In this document: positions 1 to 7,064 of the stretch, piece by piece
Layout of the letters: the number at the start of each line of letters is the position of its first letter
Position numbering within the stretch: the first letter of the stretch is position 1
Virus record (IMG/VR): IMGVR_UViG_2778261354_000002
Coordinates: 1-11,017 of that record
Direction: 5' to 3' (one strand)
Origin: a virus
Lineage: Duplodnaviria > Heunggongvirae > Uroviricota > Caudoviricetes
Length of the DNA stretch: 11,017 nucleotides
The notes under the pieces: model-generated
Database searches by the model: none
What the model saw: the letters and a program-made list of their open reading frames with translations, nothing else
Told to the model about the DNA's origin: nothing
Program-made: the position numbers and the translations under genes

Positions 1-152
1 CTCGTTAGCCCATGAATAACAATCAGAAAGTACCATAACAGACCCGAAGAAAATGAAATATAAGAGAAGATCAACGGGTGAGGAAAAAGTTCAAAAAATC
101 GCTGCCGGGGAGGAAGGAAACTACCGGATGGAAAGAGTCCCCCTAAAGCAGA

Positions 153-201
153 CTGACAGACATCACAAATCCCCGGGTGGGGATTTGTGTATAAGAGACA
201 G
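153..201. repeat. Short palindromic element ending in a Tn5/IS50-type terminal-repeat-like 19-mer (183-201, ATTTGTGTATAAGAGACAG), with a perfect 8-bp inverted repeat (167-174 / 179-186) and a degenerate partner arm (153-170)
   Basis: 183-201 matches the reverse complement of the Tn5 mosaic end (AGATGTGTATAAGAGACAG) at 17/19 and of the IS50 outside end at 17/19. Orientation places the element interior toward lower coordinates and gpI on the flank. Confidence 0.4.
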
Positions 202-753
202 GGTAATGCAGGGGTTCGGTAGCGTCGTGTCCGGGTACACCGTAATGATGTCTCCGTCATGACTCAGTGCGCCGGTAAATACCTCCCCTCTGGCAATGTA
301 CGTCAGTCTCAGCGCCTTCAGGTGACGGCTTACCGGCTTCGCCAGCGCAATCATGCGCTCCATTTCCAGGTAGGTTGTTTCAGTCAGTCCGGCATGTGTC
401 ACATCGATGTTGAGACGAAAACTGCCTGGTGGGTCGTTGTTCTCCCACCACTCTGTAATGCTCAGCAGCGCACCGAACGGGGCGATGGCCCGCCGCATGG
501 CGCTGATGGTTCCCTTGTGGCGGTGTACTGCCCACGACTCACGAATAATCTGCCTGCGGGTTTCTTCCGGCCACGTCTTGTCCCAGCGGTCCACGGAAAG
601 CGCCCACGCCAGCCACGGCAGCAGTGCTTCAGGGCATTCGTCCGCATTCCACAGGGTGTTAAGTTTCACCGGCAGCTGGCTGAATTTTTCCCCGGAACGA
701 TCAACGGTTTTCAGAAAAACACTGGCGGACGGCGGAAGTACCGTGTCACTCAT
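163..753 (-). CDS. I: P2-family baseplate/tail protein gpI (196-aa ORF; the last ~14 codons are read from a transposon-end-like sequence, so the native C-terminus is uncertain)
   Basis: ATG at 753-751 overlaps the gpJ stop by 8 nt. Protein resembles P2 gpI as recalled (WLAWA[LF]SVDRWD, EWWENNDPPG-type motifs) and sits after J as in P2. The 3' end (163-204) coincides with a Tn5 ME/OE-like 19-mer. Confidence 0.8.
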   Translation of the reverse strand: MSDTVLPPSASVFLKTVDRSGEKFSQLPVKLNTLWNADECPEALLPWLAWALSVDRWDKTWPEETRRQIIRESWAVHRHKGTISAMRRAIAPFGALLSITEWWENNDPPGSFRLNIDVTHAGLTETTYLEMERMIALAKPVSRHLKALRLTYIARGEVFTGALSHDGDIITVYPDTTLPNPCITLSLIHKSPPGDL

Positions 754-1642
754 CGGTACCTCCTGCGCGAATCTCTGTGGCGGTGCAGCGCGCCGCCTGT
801 GTCTCGCTGATAACCAGATCCTCCGCAGGTTGTGTTAACTCCACCCGCTGAACCCCGGGGACATGCAGGGCCGCCATGATGGCGGAACGGGCCACGTCGC
901 GACCAATTCTTCTCTGCTCTGCCAGCCAGGCATCCAGTTGTGCCCGTGCGGCCTGAAGTATGGGTTCTGATTCCGGTCCCGGGTAAAAATAGAGTGCCGC
1001 ATCAATCGTGTAGCTGATGATTTCCGCGCTTTTCACTGTCAGCCTGTCTGCCACGGGGCGCACTGTTTCGTCGTTCAGTGCGGTTTTCACTTCGTTAATC
1101 AGTGCTTCGGTCGCTGTTCCGTCCCCGTCGGTGGAAAGTAGCGCAACCACAACTTCCGCCGGTGCCGGGCTGGTTGCTCTGGCATCTGCCACTTTTCCGC
1201 TTGCGCTGCGTGCAAAATACTCATACGCGCCGGAGGGTCCGGCAACGCTCAGCCCTTCAAATGCGCTCTGTATGCGCATTCTGAGCGCGGCGTCACTTTC
1301 CGTTACCGCCGGTGTGGTATCCGTTGCTTCGGTGATAACCAGACGCTGCACATTCATGTTCTCCCCCAGATTGTCCAGGTCGCTTCCGGTTGAATGACTC
1401 AGCATACAGGCCGCCACACCGTCATTGATACGCTGCCGCAGTAACAGCTCCCGCCATGCCATAGCCTGAGCGATGATGTTCAGTGGTTCGGACTCCAGTT
1501 CAATCGCTGCCGCAACGTCATCGCGCATGGCTTCCGGAAAGACGCTAATCATGAATGTCTTTGTCTGCGCCAGGATCACTTCATAGTCCAGCGATTCAAT
1601 GATTGTCGGCTGTGGCAGCTGCGATAAATCAATGGTTGGCAT
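746..1642 (-). CDS. J: P2-family baseplate assembly protein gpJ (298 aa from ATG at 1642; the track's upstream TTG at 1663 is less likely)
   Basis: N-terminus MPTIDLSQLP matches the recalled P2 gpJ start (MPIIDLNQLP); C-terminus ends GGTDE. A GGAGG Shine-Dalgarno lies 5 nt upstream of the 1642 ATG. Position W-J-I is conserved. Confidence 0.88.
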   Translation of the reverse strand: MPTIDLSQLPQPTIIESLDYEVILAQTKTFMISVFPEAMRDDVAAAIELESEPLNIIAQAMAWRELLLRQRINDGVAACMLSHSTGSDLDNLGENMNVQRLVITEATDTTPAVTESDAALRMRIQSAFEGLSVAGPSGAYEYFARSASGKVADARATSPAPAEVVVALLSTDGDGTATEALINEVKTALNDETVRPVADRLTVKSAEIISYTIDAALYFYPGPESEPILQAARAQLDAWLAEQRRIGRDVARSAIMAALHVPGVQRVELTQPAEDLVISETQAARCTATEIRAGGTDE

Positions 1643-1997
1643 CCTTCCCTCCCTGTATATCAACGGAATAATTCACACTTTGCAGGGTGTTCACTATCAG
1701 GTAGTTCATGGATAACACCGCGCCGCCGTTGCTTTTCCACGTCAGATCAATGCCGTTAATGGCAACGCGCGGCTCCCATCGTGTGATGGCGATCACGGCG
1801 GCACTCATACAACGCAGTCGGGTTATTTCATTTGCCGGACTGTCAAGAAGGGCGGGCAGGTTGCTGCCATACTCGCGCCGCATAACACGCGAACCTTCCG
1901 GTGTCAGGAGAATATCCGTGATTGACTGGTTCAGATGGTCGATGTCTGTCAGCGTTCCGGGGCCTGCGTGATTCATGCCTGTGTAACCGGTGCTCAT
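1629..1997 (-). CDS. W: P2-family baseplate wedge protein gpW (gp25/GPW lysozyme-like fold family), 122 aa
   Basis: ATGA overlap with the gpV stop at 1994-1997. Sequence MSTGYTGMN...GSRVMRREYGS resembles recalled P2 gpW (MTARYLGMN...GSRVMRRDYGS). Confidence 0.88.
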   Translation of the reverse strand: MSTGYTGMNHAGPGTLTDIDHLNQSITDILLTPEGSRVMRREYGSNLPALLDSPANEITRLRCMSAAVIAITRWEPRVAINGIDLTWKSNGGAVLSMNYLIVNTLQSVNYSVDIQGGKDANH

Positions 1998-2575
1998 TGT
2001 GGGCCTCCGCTCGTATCGCTACCGCTCTTCACTCCGCTATGTACGTGGGTGTGTACGGTGATGCCGTTTGAGCTCAGGTTGCCGCCGCTGTGTGTCACGT
2101 TGCCTTTCATGGTTCCGCCGTCGGTCAGCTCGAATGTTTTAGTCTTCAGGTGCTGCGTGCATTCCACCTCTGGCGTGTTCAGTGTGATGCGGGTTTCTGC
2201 TGTGATGGTTGCGGTTTTGATACCTTTTGCCGTCAGGTTGCTTTCCTGTGCGTTATAGCGAAATTCCGCACCGTCCGGCGCGGTGATGATCATTTCGTTT
2301 TCCAGTGCGCCCGGTGGTGGATTGTCATTACTGTACAGACTGCCCGCGCTGACGGCGGTTTCCGGATTGCCACCGGGGCAAAGGAGAAGCACCTGCTCAC
2401 CCGGTGATGGCGGGATCCAGATTCTGAATTTTCCGGCCCGTCCGCTGTTCCATCTGATCCAGTTGGTGGTCAGTCCGCCACTCTGAACCCGAACCTCCCA
2501 GGTGTCGGTGTTGATTTCCGTGACCACACCAATCCGCACAATGTTTTCCAGCAATCGCATAAGCTCAATGTTCAT
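1994..2575 (-). CDS. V: P2-family baseplate assembly/spike protein gpV, 193 aa
   Basis: ATGA overlap with the gpS stop (2572-2575). Position between S and W; His-rich C-terminal tip (HTHVHSG) typical of the central spike apex; size near P2 gpV. Confidence 0.82.
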   Translation of the reverse strand: MNIELMRLLENIVRIGVVTEINTDTWEVRVQSGGLTTNWIRWNSGRAGKFRIWIPPSPGEQVLLLCPGGNPETAVSAGSLYSNDNPPPGALENEMIITAPDGAEFRYNAQESNLTAKGIKTATITAETRITLNTPEVECTQHLKTKTFELTDGGTMKGNVTHSGGNLSSNGITVHTHVHSGVKSGSDTSGGPQ

Positions 2576-3207
2576 TTCGCAGCTTTCCCCAGTCCGGCAA
2601 TCACGGTTTCCGTGATTTGCTGTTTGTCTTTAGCGTTCAGGCCCAGCAGTTCGCGCACGGGGTATTTCGTGGCGTTTCCGGGCGAGACAAGGCTCACCTC
2701 ACCGAACTGGTGCACTCTGGCAATGCGCGCGGCCCGCCCCTGAAAACCGACACTGACGCCGCTCGGGTCGGGGGTGATTTTCAGAAAGCGCGGTGTTCTC
2801 AGTTTTTCGAACATGGGTGAGCGACGTGATGCTCTTGCTGCGACGCGCTGCGTGTTAATTTCCAGATAGTCTTCGATATCTGCCTTGTAAAACGTCCGGA
2901 TACCCCCGGCGTCGGTATCGTAGCCGGTAATTTTCCGCCCGAACCGTCCCCGGGATGTGCTCCAGTTTTTCAGGTTTCTTACCTGTCCGTCCTTCCAGAT
3001 GAACTTCACGCCTTTTTGTATGCGCAGTATCCGGCGTTTTCGTTTCTCCCAGGGCTGACCGTCCGGGGATACCTGGCTTCTGATGCGTTTTGTCTGTACC
3101 TGCCGGATGGCCTTACCCACGCTCATTGCCGTGCGCTGAATTCCGGCAGCTGACAGGCCTGAAAGAATGTCCTGAAAGATGGCATCCAGTTCGTGAACGT
3201 CTCTCAT
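2572..3207 (-). CDS. S: Tail completion / virion morphogenesis protein gpS family, 211 aa
   Basis: ATGA overlap with the gpR stop (3204-3207). C-terminal block ARIARVHQFG...RELLGL matches the conserved gpS motif (ARVHQYG...RELLGL in P2 as recalled). Confidence 0.82.
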   Translation of the reverse strand: MRDVHELDAIFQDILSGLSAAGIQRTAMSVGKAIRQVQTKRIRSQVSPDGQPWEKRKRRILRIQKGVKFIWKDGQVRNLKNWSTSRGRFGRKITGYDTDAGGIRTFYKADIEDYLEINTQRVAARASRRSPMFEKLRTPRFLKITPDPSGVSVGFQGRAARIARVHQFGEVSLVSPGNATKYPVRELLGLNAKDKQQITETVIAGLGKAAK

Positions 3208-3674
3208 GCACCGGCCTCTTCTGCGGTTTTCCAGGTCATGTCTTCAAACACCACGCGCCACGCTTCCAGTGCCCGGCTTACCGGTGGCTCACCGATATGC
3301 TCCGCGCTCACCGTGCCGTCATCGTTGCGGCGTACAATCACGCGCTCCCATACCGGGATTTCCAGAAGAATGTCAGCGCTGTCATCATCGTTGATGGCCG
3401 TCGAAAATTTGATGCTTTTGTTTTTCTCCGGATTGAGAAGAAGATCCGGCTGATTCCTGTACAGCCACGCCATGACCGGCAGCATGATGTTGTCGATGCT
3501 TTCGGTGAAGTCCATGACGAACAACACCAGATTGTAGCGGTACAGGAATGAGGGGGATTCTCCGGTGGTTTCAATGCCGCCGGATTCAATGAATACCGTG
3601 AATTTTTCCGGACTGGCTTTACACCACCGGCAATGTGCTGTTAACGCATCGCGGAATGAATTCAGTTTCAGCAT
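3204..3674 (-). CDS. R: Tail completion protein gpR family, 156 aa
   Basis: ATG at 3674-3672. Sequence MLKLNSFRDALT...PVMAWLYRNQPD...EPPVS resembles recalled P2 gpR, and it sits immediately upstream of S. Confidence 0.82.
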   Translation of the reverse strand: MLKLNSFRDALTAHCRWCKASPEKFTVFIESGGIETTGESPSFLYRYNLVLFVMDFTESIDNIMLPVMAWLYRNQPDLLLNPEKNKSIKFSTAINDDDSADILLEIPVWERVIVRRNDDGTVSAEHIGEPPVSRALEAWRVVFEDMTWKTAEEAGA

Positions 3675-3752
3675 GGGGGCACCGTTGTTCGTCTGGTTAC
3701 TGTGACCGGCCTGATGAGATGCCGGTCATTCTGGTTTGTCCTGGTATCACCG

Positions 3753-3920
3753 TCAGTTTAACGAGTTGCTTTCACCTGAACCTGATGCCGACTTTTTGGC
3801 GGCGGCCTCATCTGGTTTTTTGTTCCAGAAGTTTTTAACGGCTTTGTAGCCACCGGATAACAACCAGAGGACGCATACCGCAGTACTGAAATACAACATC
3901 ACCTGTTGAAATAAATTCAT
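3753..3920 (-). CDS. Unannotated small membrane protein, 55 aa (MNLFQQVMLYFSTAVCVLWLLSGGYKAVKNFWNKKPDEAAAKKSASGSGESNSLN); function unknown
   Basis: Hand-translated from the minus strand; below the ORF-track size cutoff. ATG at 3920-3918 is preceded by AAGGAG (3932-3927) with a 6-nt spacer; TGA at 3755-3753. One predicted N-terminal transmembrane helix followed by a Lys-rich hydrophilic tail. Lies in the AT-richer spacer between the esterase and gpR. Confidence 0.45.
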   Translation of the reverse strand: MNLFQQVMLYFSTAVCVLWLLSGGYKAVKNFWNKKPDEAAAKKSASGSGESNSLN

Positions 3921-4008
3921 ACATCGCTCCTTTGCATTGTGTGTATTGGTGAAAATTGCCAGAATGAAAATGACTTCATTAATGTCAAATTCATTAGCTT
4001 TCTTCTTT

Positions 4009-4037
4009 GCCCCTCCCGGATACGGAGGGGCTTTTTT
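4009..4037 (+). terminator. GC-rich hairpin (8-bp stem GCCCCTCC/GGAGGGGC) followed by T6; rho-independent terminator-like, oriented for the plus strand
   Basis: Stem 4009-4016 pairs with 4024-4031, loop 4017-4023, then CTTTTTTG at 4031-4038. It lies 15 nt past the esterase stop. On the minus strand the hairpin is followed by AAAGAAGAAAG rather than a U-run, so it is at most a weak or leaky terminator for the late operon. Confidence 0.4.
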
Positions 4038-4045
4038 GCTTACCG

Positions 4046-5974
4046 TCAGGCTGCCGGGCTGTTCACTTCCACTGTCAGCGTGTCAATCCACGTTTCATAC
4101 GTGTCTGTATTCGACGCATCCGTCAGAATAAGCGTGTTTTCCGCGCCATCGACTTTAAAGCGGGTCAGGGTTGTTTCCGGACCTTTTACCGTATCCACAT
4201 ACGGCGTGAATTTATTCTGTCCCCCGCCCGGATACACCAGTTCAAGCGTATGCCATTCATTGTTCAGCGTGCCAAAACCAGCGATTTTCTCTGATGTGTC
4301 GCCGTTTTTCATAAGGCTCAGCTTGTTGCTCTCGTCTGACTGAAGGAAGAGACCCACCAGGCACGGACTGGTACCTTCCGTTTTACCGACAAATTCAATT
4401 CCCTGAGCATCGCTCTCACTCAGTTTTAAATACATCGCAACGGCAATTTTCTTGTTAACTGCTTCGCCATTCACTTTAAACCGGCAGGTAATTTTGCCGC
4501 CGTTTTTCAGCAGTTCCGCCGCATTTGCCACTTCATGGGTCAGCTTCAGGTTCTGGGTATCGCCCTGGCTCAGTTTCAGCGCCCGTCCGGAAGTACTGGT
4601 ACTGTCCGTCACCACTTCTGCCTTACCTTCGCTCAGCGTCCAGCCCTGTGCGGCATAAGCACCTTCACTTTCTGCACCGCTGTACAGGGTGGTAACGTTA
4701 CTCTTCGGTTTTGCCGGTTCCGGGTAGTTTTCCGTTATATCGCCACCGGCAAGGAACGGTCCGTTACGCCCTGCATGGGTCAGGATTGCGGTGGCTATAC
4801 GGTCCGGCAGGATGCCGCGACGGGCCCATGAACTGAAGTGCATGGCGCGTGTCGGGTTCGTCCAGTTACCCGCCGTGCGTGATGCTGCGCCGTAATAATT
4901 TGCTTCCGGCACGTCCGGATCTTCTGCCGGGTTATTGGTCGGAACATTCGCACCGGTCTCATCCTTCATAAGTTCGACAAAATGCACATTCGGCTCACTG
5001 TTTTTACGGTACGCGCCATAAACCAGGCTGTATTGTGTCGGGTACTGTTGCTTCCACCAGAAGGTGGTGTCACCACATACCCACGGTACGCGAGCCGCAT
5101 CGCCGCCCAGACACTGACCGGCATACGCGGCCAGATCGGTACGGAACTGCTTCACCATGGCCGTAAACAACGCCGGATGCCCCGTGTAACCTGAAGACAT
5201 ACAGTCACCCTCGCCCTGCATCCAGTACACGGCCAGCAGGACGTTTTTCGGATTCTTTTCAAGGGCCGCCTTCGTGCGGGCAATTAAATCCATGTACAAC
5301 GGTTTACCCACACCCCAGCGGGAGGAATCCGCTGTTGCCCCCGTCTCCGGGTTATAGGTGCCCTCAGCACGATCGGTAAACGCAGAGCCGCCACGACTGC
5401 ACGGCACAATCAGGATCCCCGTATTAACCGGAATATAGGGCAGAAGACGTTTGGCAATATGCAGGCCGTGCCCGACACAACCATACTGACCACGGGAAAG
5501 GTCCGCGTTGGGGTGATTTTTGGCACTCATGTCTTCAACGTCATGGAGACAGTGATCGGCCTCAATCACATCGTTGTATTTACAGGCAGCACCACCCGGT
5601 CGGACCACACTGCGGCGGGCCAGCTGCTTAATGCGTGGATCGGGACGGTCGTAGCTGTCAGGCAGGGGCATACCTTCGCCGGTTGCCATATTGTTTGACT
5701 GACCTGCGGTGACCAGCACGTAGTAGTATTCCGGCTCCGTTGTTGATGCCGGAATGACGGTGGTCGTGCCTTCTTCATCAACAACAATTTCCGGCTCGTC
5801 TGTCACGGGCTGGTCTCCGGTCATGGCCTGCATGAGGTACCACGGTACACCCGGCTCTGACGCCACCTGTGCGTCACCCTGAAGCTGCCAGCCCAGCGCC
5901 AGACGTTCGTTAACCTTTTCCGCCAGTTCCTGACGGTTCATGGCGGTAATCAACTCAAAGTGTTTTTTGCTCAT
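4046..5974 (-). CDS. Prophage cargo: NanS-p-like sialate O-acetylesterase (DUF1737-like N-terminal domain + SASA/SGNH esterase core + C-terminal lectin-like domain), 642 aa from ATG at 5974
   Basis: AGGAG Shine-Dalgarno 7 nt upstream of the ATG at 5974-5972 (the track's longer 680-aa frame has no SD and overlaps the spanins). Motifs LVTAGQSNNMATGEG (SASA nucleophile block) and VYWMQGEGD (conserved WxQGE[SG]D block). No signal peptide. Length and domain order match phage-encoded NanS-p esterases of E. coli as recalled. Not part of the P2 backbone. Confidence 0.8.
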   Translation of the reverse strand: MSKKHFELITAMNRQELAEKVNERLALGWQLQGDAQVASEPGVPWYLMQAMTGDQPVTDEPEIVVDEEGTTTVIPASTTEPEYYYVLVTAGQSNNMATGEGMPLPDSYDRPDPRIKQLARRSVVRPGGAACKYNDVIEADHCLHDVEDMSAKNHPNADLSRGQYGCVGHGLHIAKRLLPYIPVNTGILIVPCSRGGSAFTDRAEGTYNPETGATADSSRWGVGKPLYMDLIARTKAALEKNPKNVLLAVYWMQGEGDCMSSGYTGHPALFTAMVKQFRTDLAAYAGQCLGGDAARVPWVCGDTTFWWKQQYPTQYSLVYGAYRKNSEPNVHFVELMKDETGANVPTNNPAEDPDVPEANYYGAASRTAGNWTNPTRAMHFSSWARRGILPDRIATAILTHAGRNGPFLAGGDITENYPEPAKPKSNVTTLYSGAESEGAYAAQGWTLSEGKAEVVTDSTSTSGRALKLSQGDTQNLKLTHEVANAAELLKNGGKITCRFKVNGEAVNKKIAVAMYLKLSESDAQGIEFVGKTEGTSPCLVGLFLQSDESNKLSLMKNGDTSEKIAGFGTLNNEWHTLELVYPGGGQNKFTPYVDTVKGPETTLTRFKVDGAENTLILTDASNTDTYETWIDTLTVEVNSPAA

Positions 5975-5978
5975 TGTG

Positions 5979-6290
5979 TTACTCCTGTGGTGGCAAATCC
6001 TCTGCCCGTTCAGCTCTCTGTCTGTCCAGCCACGCAATGGCTGCTTTGTCTGCGTTGCATGTATCCAGCGCAGCCAGTAACTGGTCACTCCATTCTGTTA
6101 TCCGGTACCAGGTCACCGGTCGCTCCAGAAAGGGGATCGGCGTCTGCCTTGTCAGTACTTCCGGCACCGGCTCGTAAACGAGTCTGGTTTTCAACGTGTG
6201 CGATGTGCTGTTGCAGGCGCTCAGTAACAGCGCCGGGAGGATAAGCGCCAGCACACTTATCGTTCTGTACAGCCTTTTGCATTGCTTCAC
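5979..6290 (-). CDS. o-spanin (Rz1/LysC-like outer-membrane lipoprotein), 103 aa, apparent GTG start
   Basis: Lipobox LLLSAC after a basic, hydrophobic N-terminus (MKQCKRLYRTISVLALILPALLLSAC). The reading frame starts inside the i-spanin gene in another frame and extends 106 nt beyond its stop (overlapped architecture). The only in-frame start is GTG at 6290. Confidence 0.7.
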   Translation of the reverse strand: MKQCKRLYRTISVLALILPALLLSACNSTSHTLKTRLVYEPVPEVLTRQTPIPFLERPVTWYRITEWSDQLLAALDTCNADKAAIAWLDRQRAERAEDLPPQE

Positions 6291-6528
6291 GCCGTTGCTC
6301 TCCTTCGGTGATGCGTTGCTGATCCAGGATCCGGATGATGCTTATCACCCGGGAAAAATCGCTGTAAGCCTCGCGGACTTCCTGCATGGCGGCCCGGTTG
6401 TCCTCGATGATGTCCATCATCTGCTCCCGTCCCAGGCTTTCCCGTCCCTTGCGGTATGCCTCCCAGCCGACCAGGCCGCATAACAACAGGGTGATAATCA
6501 GCCAGGTGATGATTACCGGTGCCCTCAT
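6085..6528 (-). CDS. i-spanin (Rz/LysB-like), 147 aa from ATG at 6528
   Basis: ATGA overlap with the endolysin stop (6525-6528) and AGGAGAAGG upstream. N-terminal transmembrane helix (VIITWLIITLLLCGLVGW) followed by a charged, coiled-coil-like periplasmic domain. The track's longer 155-aa form from 6552 lacks an SD. Confidence 0.78.
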   Translation of the reverse strand: MRAPVIITWLIITLLLCGLVGWEAYRKGRESLGREQMMDIIEDNRAAMQEVREAYSDFSRVISIIRILDQQRITEGEQRREAMQKAVQNDKCAGAYPPGAVTERLQQHIAHVENQTRLRAGAGSTDKADADPLSGATGDLVPDNRME

Positions 6529-7064
6529 GTTGCCTTCTCCTGCGTGCACCATTTCCGGAAGTCGTCCCGCCGGTTAAACAGCCCCTGTGAATAGCGTCCG
6601 CCGCTGTTCACAAAGTCCGTCAGCCGGTTGCACATTGCCTTCCAGTTCCGGCTTTGTGCGTGCTTCCATATGGTTGTTCTGTGCATCCGTCCGTCACGCC
6701 CCTTAAACCACATAAGGCCGTGACATCCCAGATTGAACGCCGCATCCGTCATGGCCTCAAAATGCCGCTGTGGCATGTCTCGGCCCCTGAAATTCTGATT
6801 GATGCAGTTTTCCGCCCGTCGCAAATCATTCACCCAGCGACCGGCAACCTCCTGTTGGGTGTGGTGGCGGTCGGGCACGTTTCCCGTTGAGCCGCAGCCC
6901 ACGGTTTTCACCCCGGCGATGTCCCTGTACGGAACGGCCCGGCAGTCTTCCCAGGTGGCGATTTTTTCCTGTGCCTCCTGTGACGTTCTCAGCGCCCCGG
7001 GGGCCAGCGAAAAACCGAGCGCGACAATGGCGGCAACGGCATAGCGTTTAATCTGTCCTGACAT
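6525..7064 (-). CDS. SAR endolysin (T4/P21-type lysozyme, GH24-like), 179 aa
   Basis: N-terminal signal-anchor-release-like segment (YAVAAIVALGFSLAPGAL) followed by the catalytic E-x8-D-x5-T spacing (WEDCRAVPYRDIAGVKT). Start overlaps the holin stop by 17 nt. Confidence 0.85.
   Translation of the reverse strand: MSGQIKRYAVAAIVALGFSLAPGALRTSQEAQEKIATWEDCRAVPYRDIAGVKTVGCGSTGNVPDRHHTQQEVAGRWVNDLRRAENCINQNFRGRDMPQRHFEAMTDAAFNLGCHGLMWFKGRDGRMHRTTIWKHAQSRNWKAMCNRLTDFVNSGGRYSQGLFNRRDDFRKWCTQEKAT

Noticed and set aside
53-262. 69-aa plus-strand ORF spanning the left end and the gpI 3' region
   Set aside because: It crosses the transposon-end-like junction and overlaps gpI antisense; no ribosome-binding site and no recognisable domain.
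259-838. Plus-strand ORFs of 183 and 143 aa (259-810, 407-838) and many other plus-strand ORFs listed across the window (e.g. 1017-1397, 2090-2407, 3090-3551, 7475-8053, 7881-8246, 10270-10644)
   Set aside because: All lie antisense to well-supported minus-strand phage genes, have Arg/Ser/Cys-rich low-complexity translations typical of GC-rich antisense frames, and lack Shine-Dalgarno sequences or family resemblance.
2572-2700. Search for an Ogr/Delta-type late promoter (TGT-N12-ACA) upstream of gene V
   Set aside because: No such dyad was found in the region inspected; S and V overlap here, so a separate V promoter, if any, would be embedded in S and cannot be called by eye.
3675-3752. Hairpin TGACCGGC-N10-GCCGGTCA (3703-3728) upstream of gpR as a terminator
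   Set aside because: There is no U-run on the minus strand after the stem. It may be a stabilising RNA structure, but the evidence is too weak to call a feature.
4046-6088. The 680-aa version of the esterase ORF starting at 6088
   Set aside because: The extra 38 N-terminal codons overlap the i- and o-spanin genes and have no SD. The internal ATG at 5974 has a strong AGGAG and gives a 642-aa product consistent with NanS-p-like proteins.
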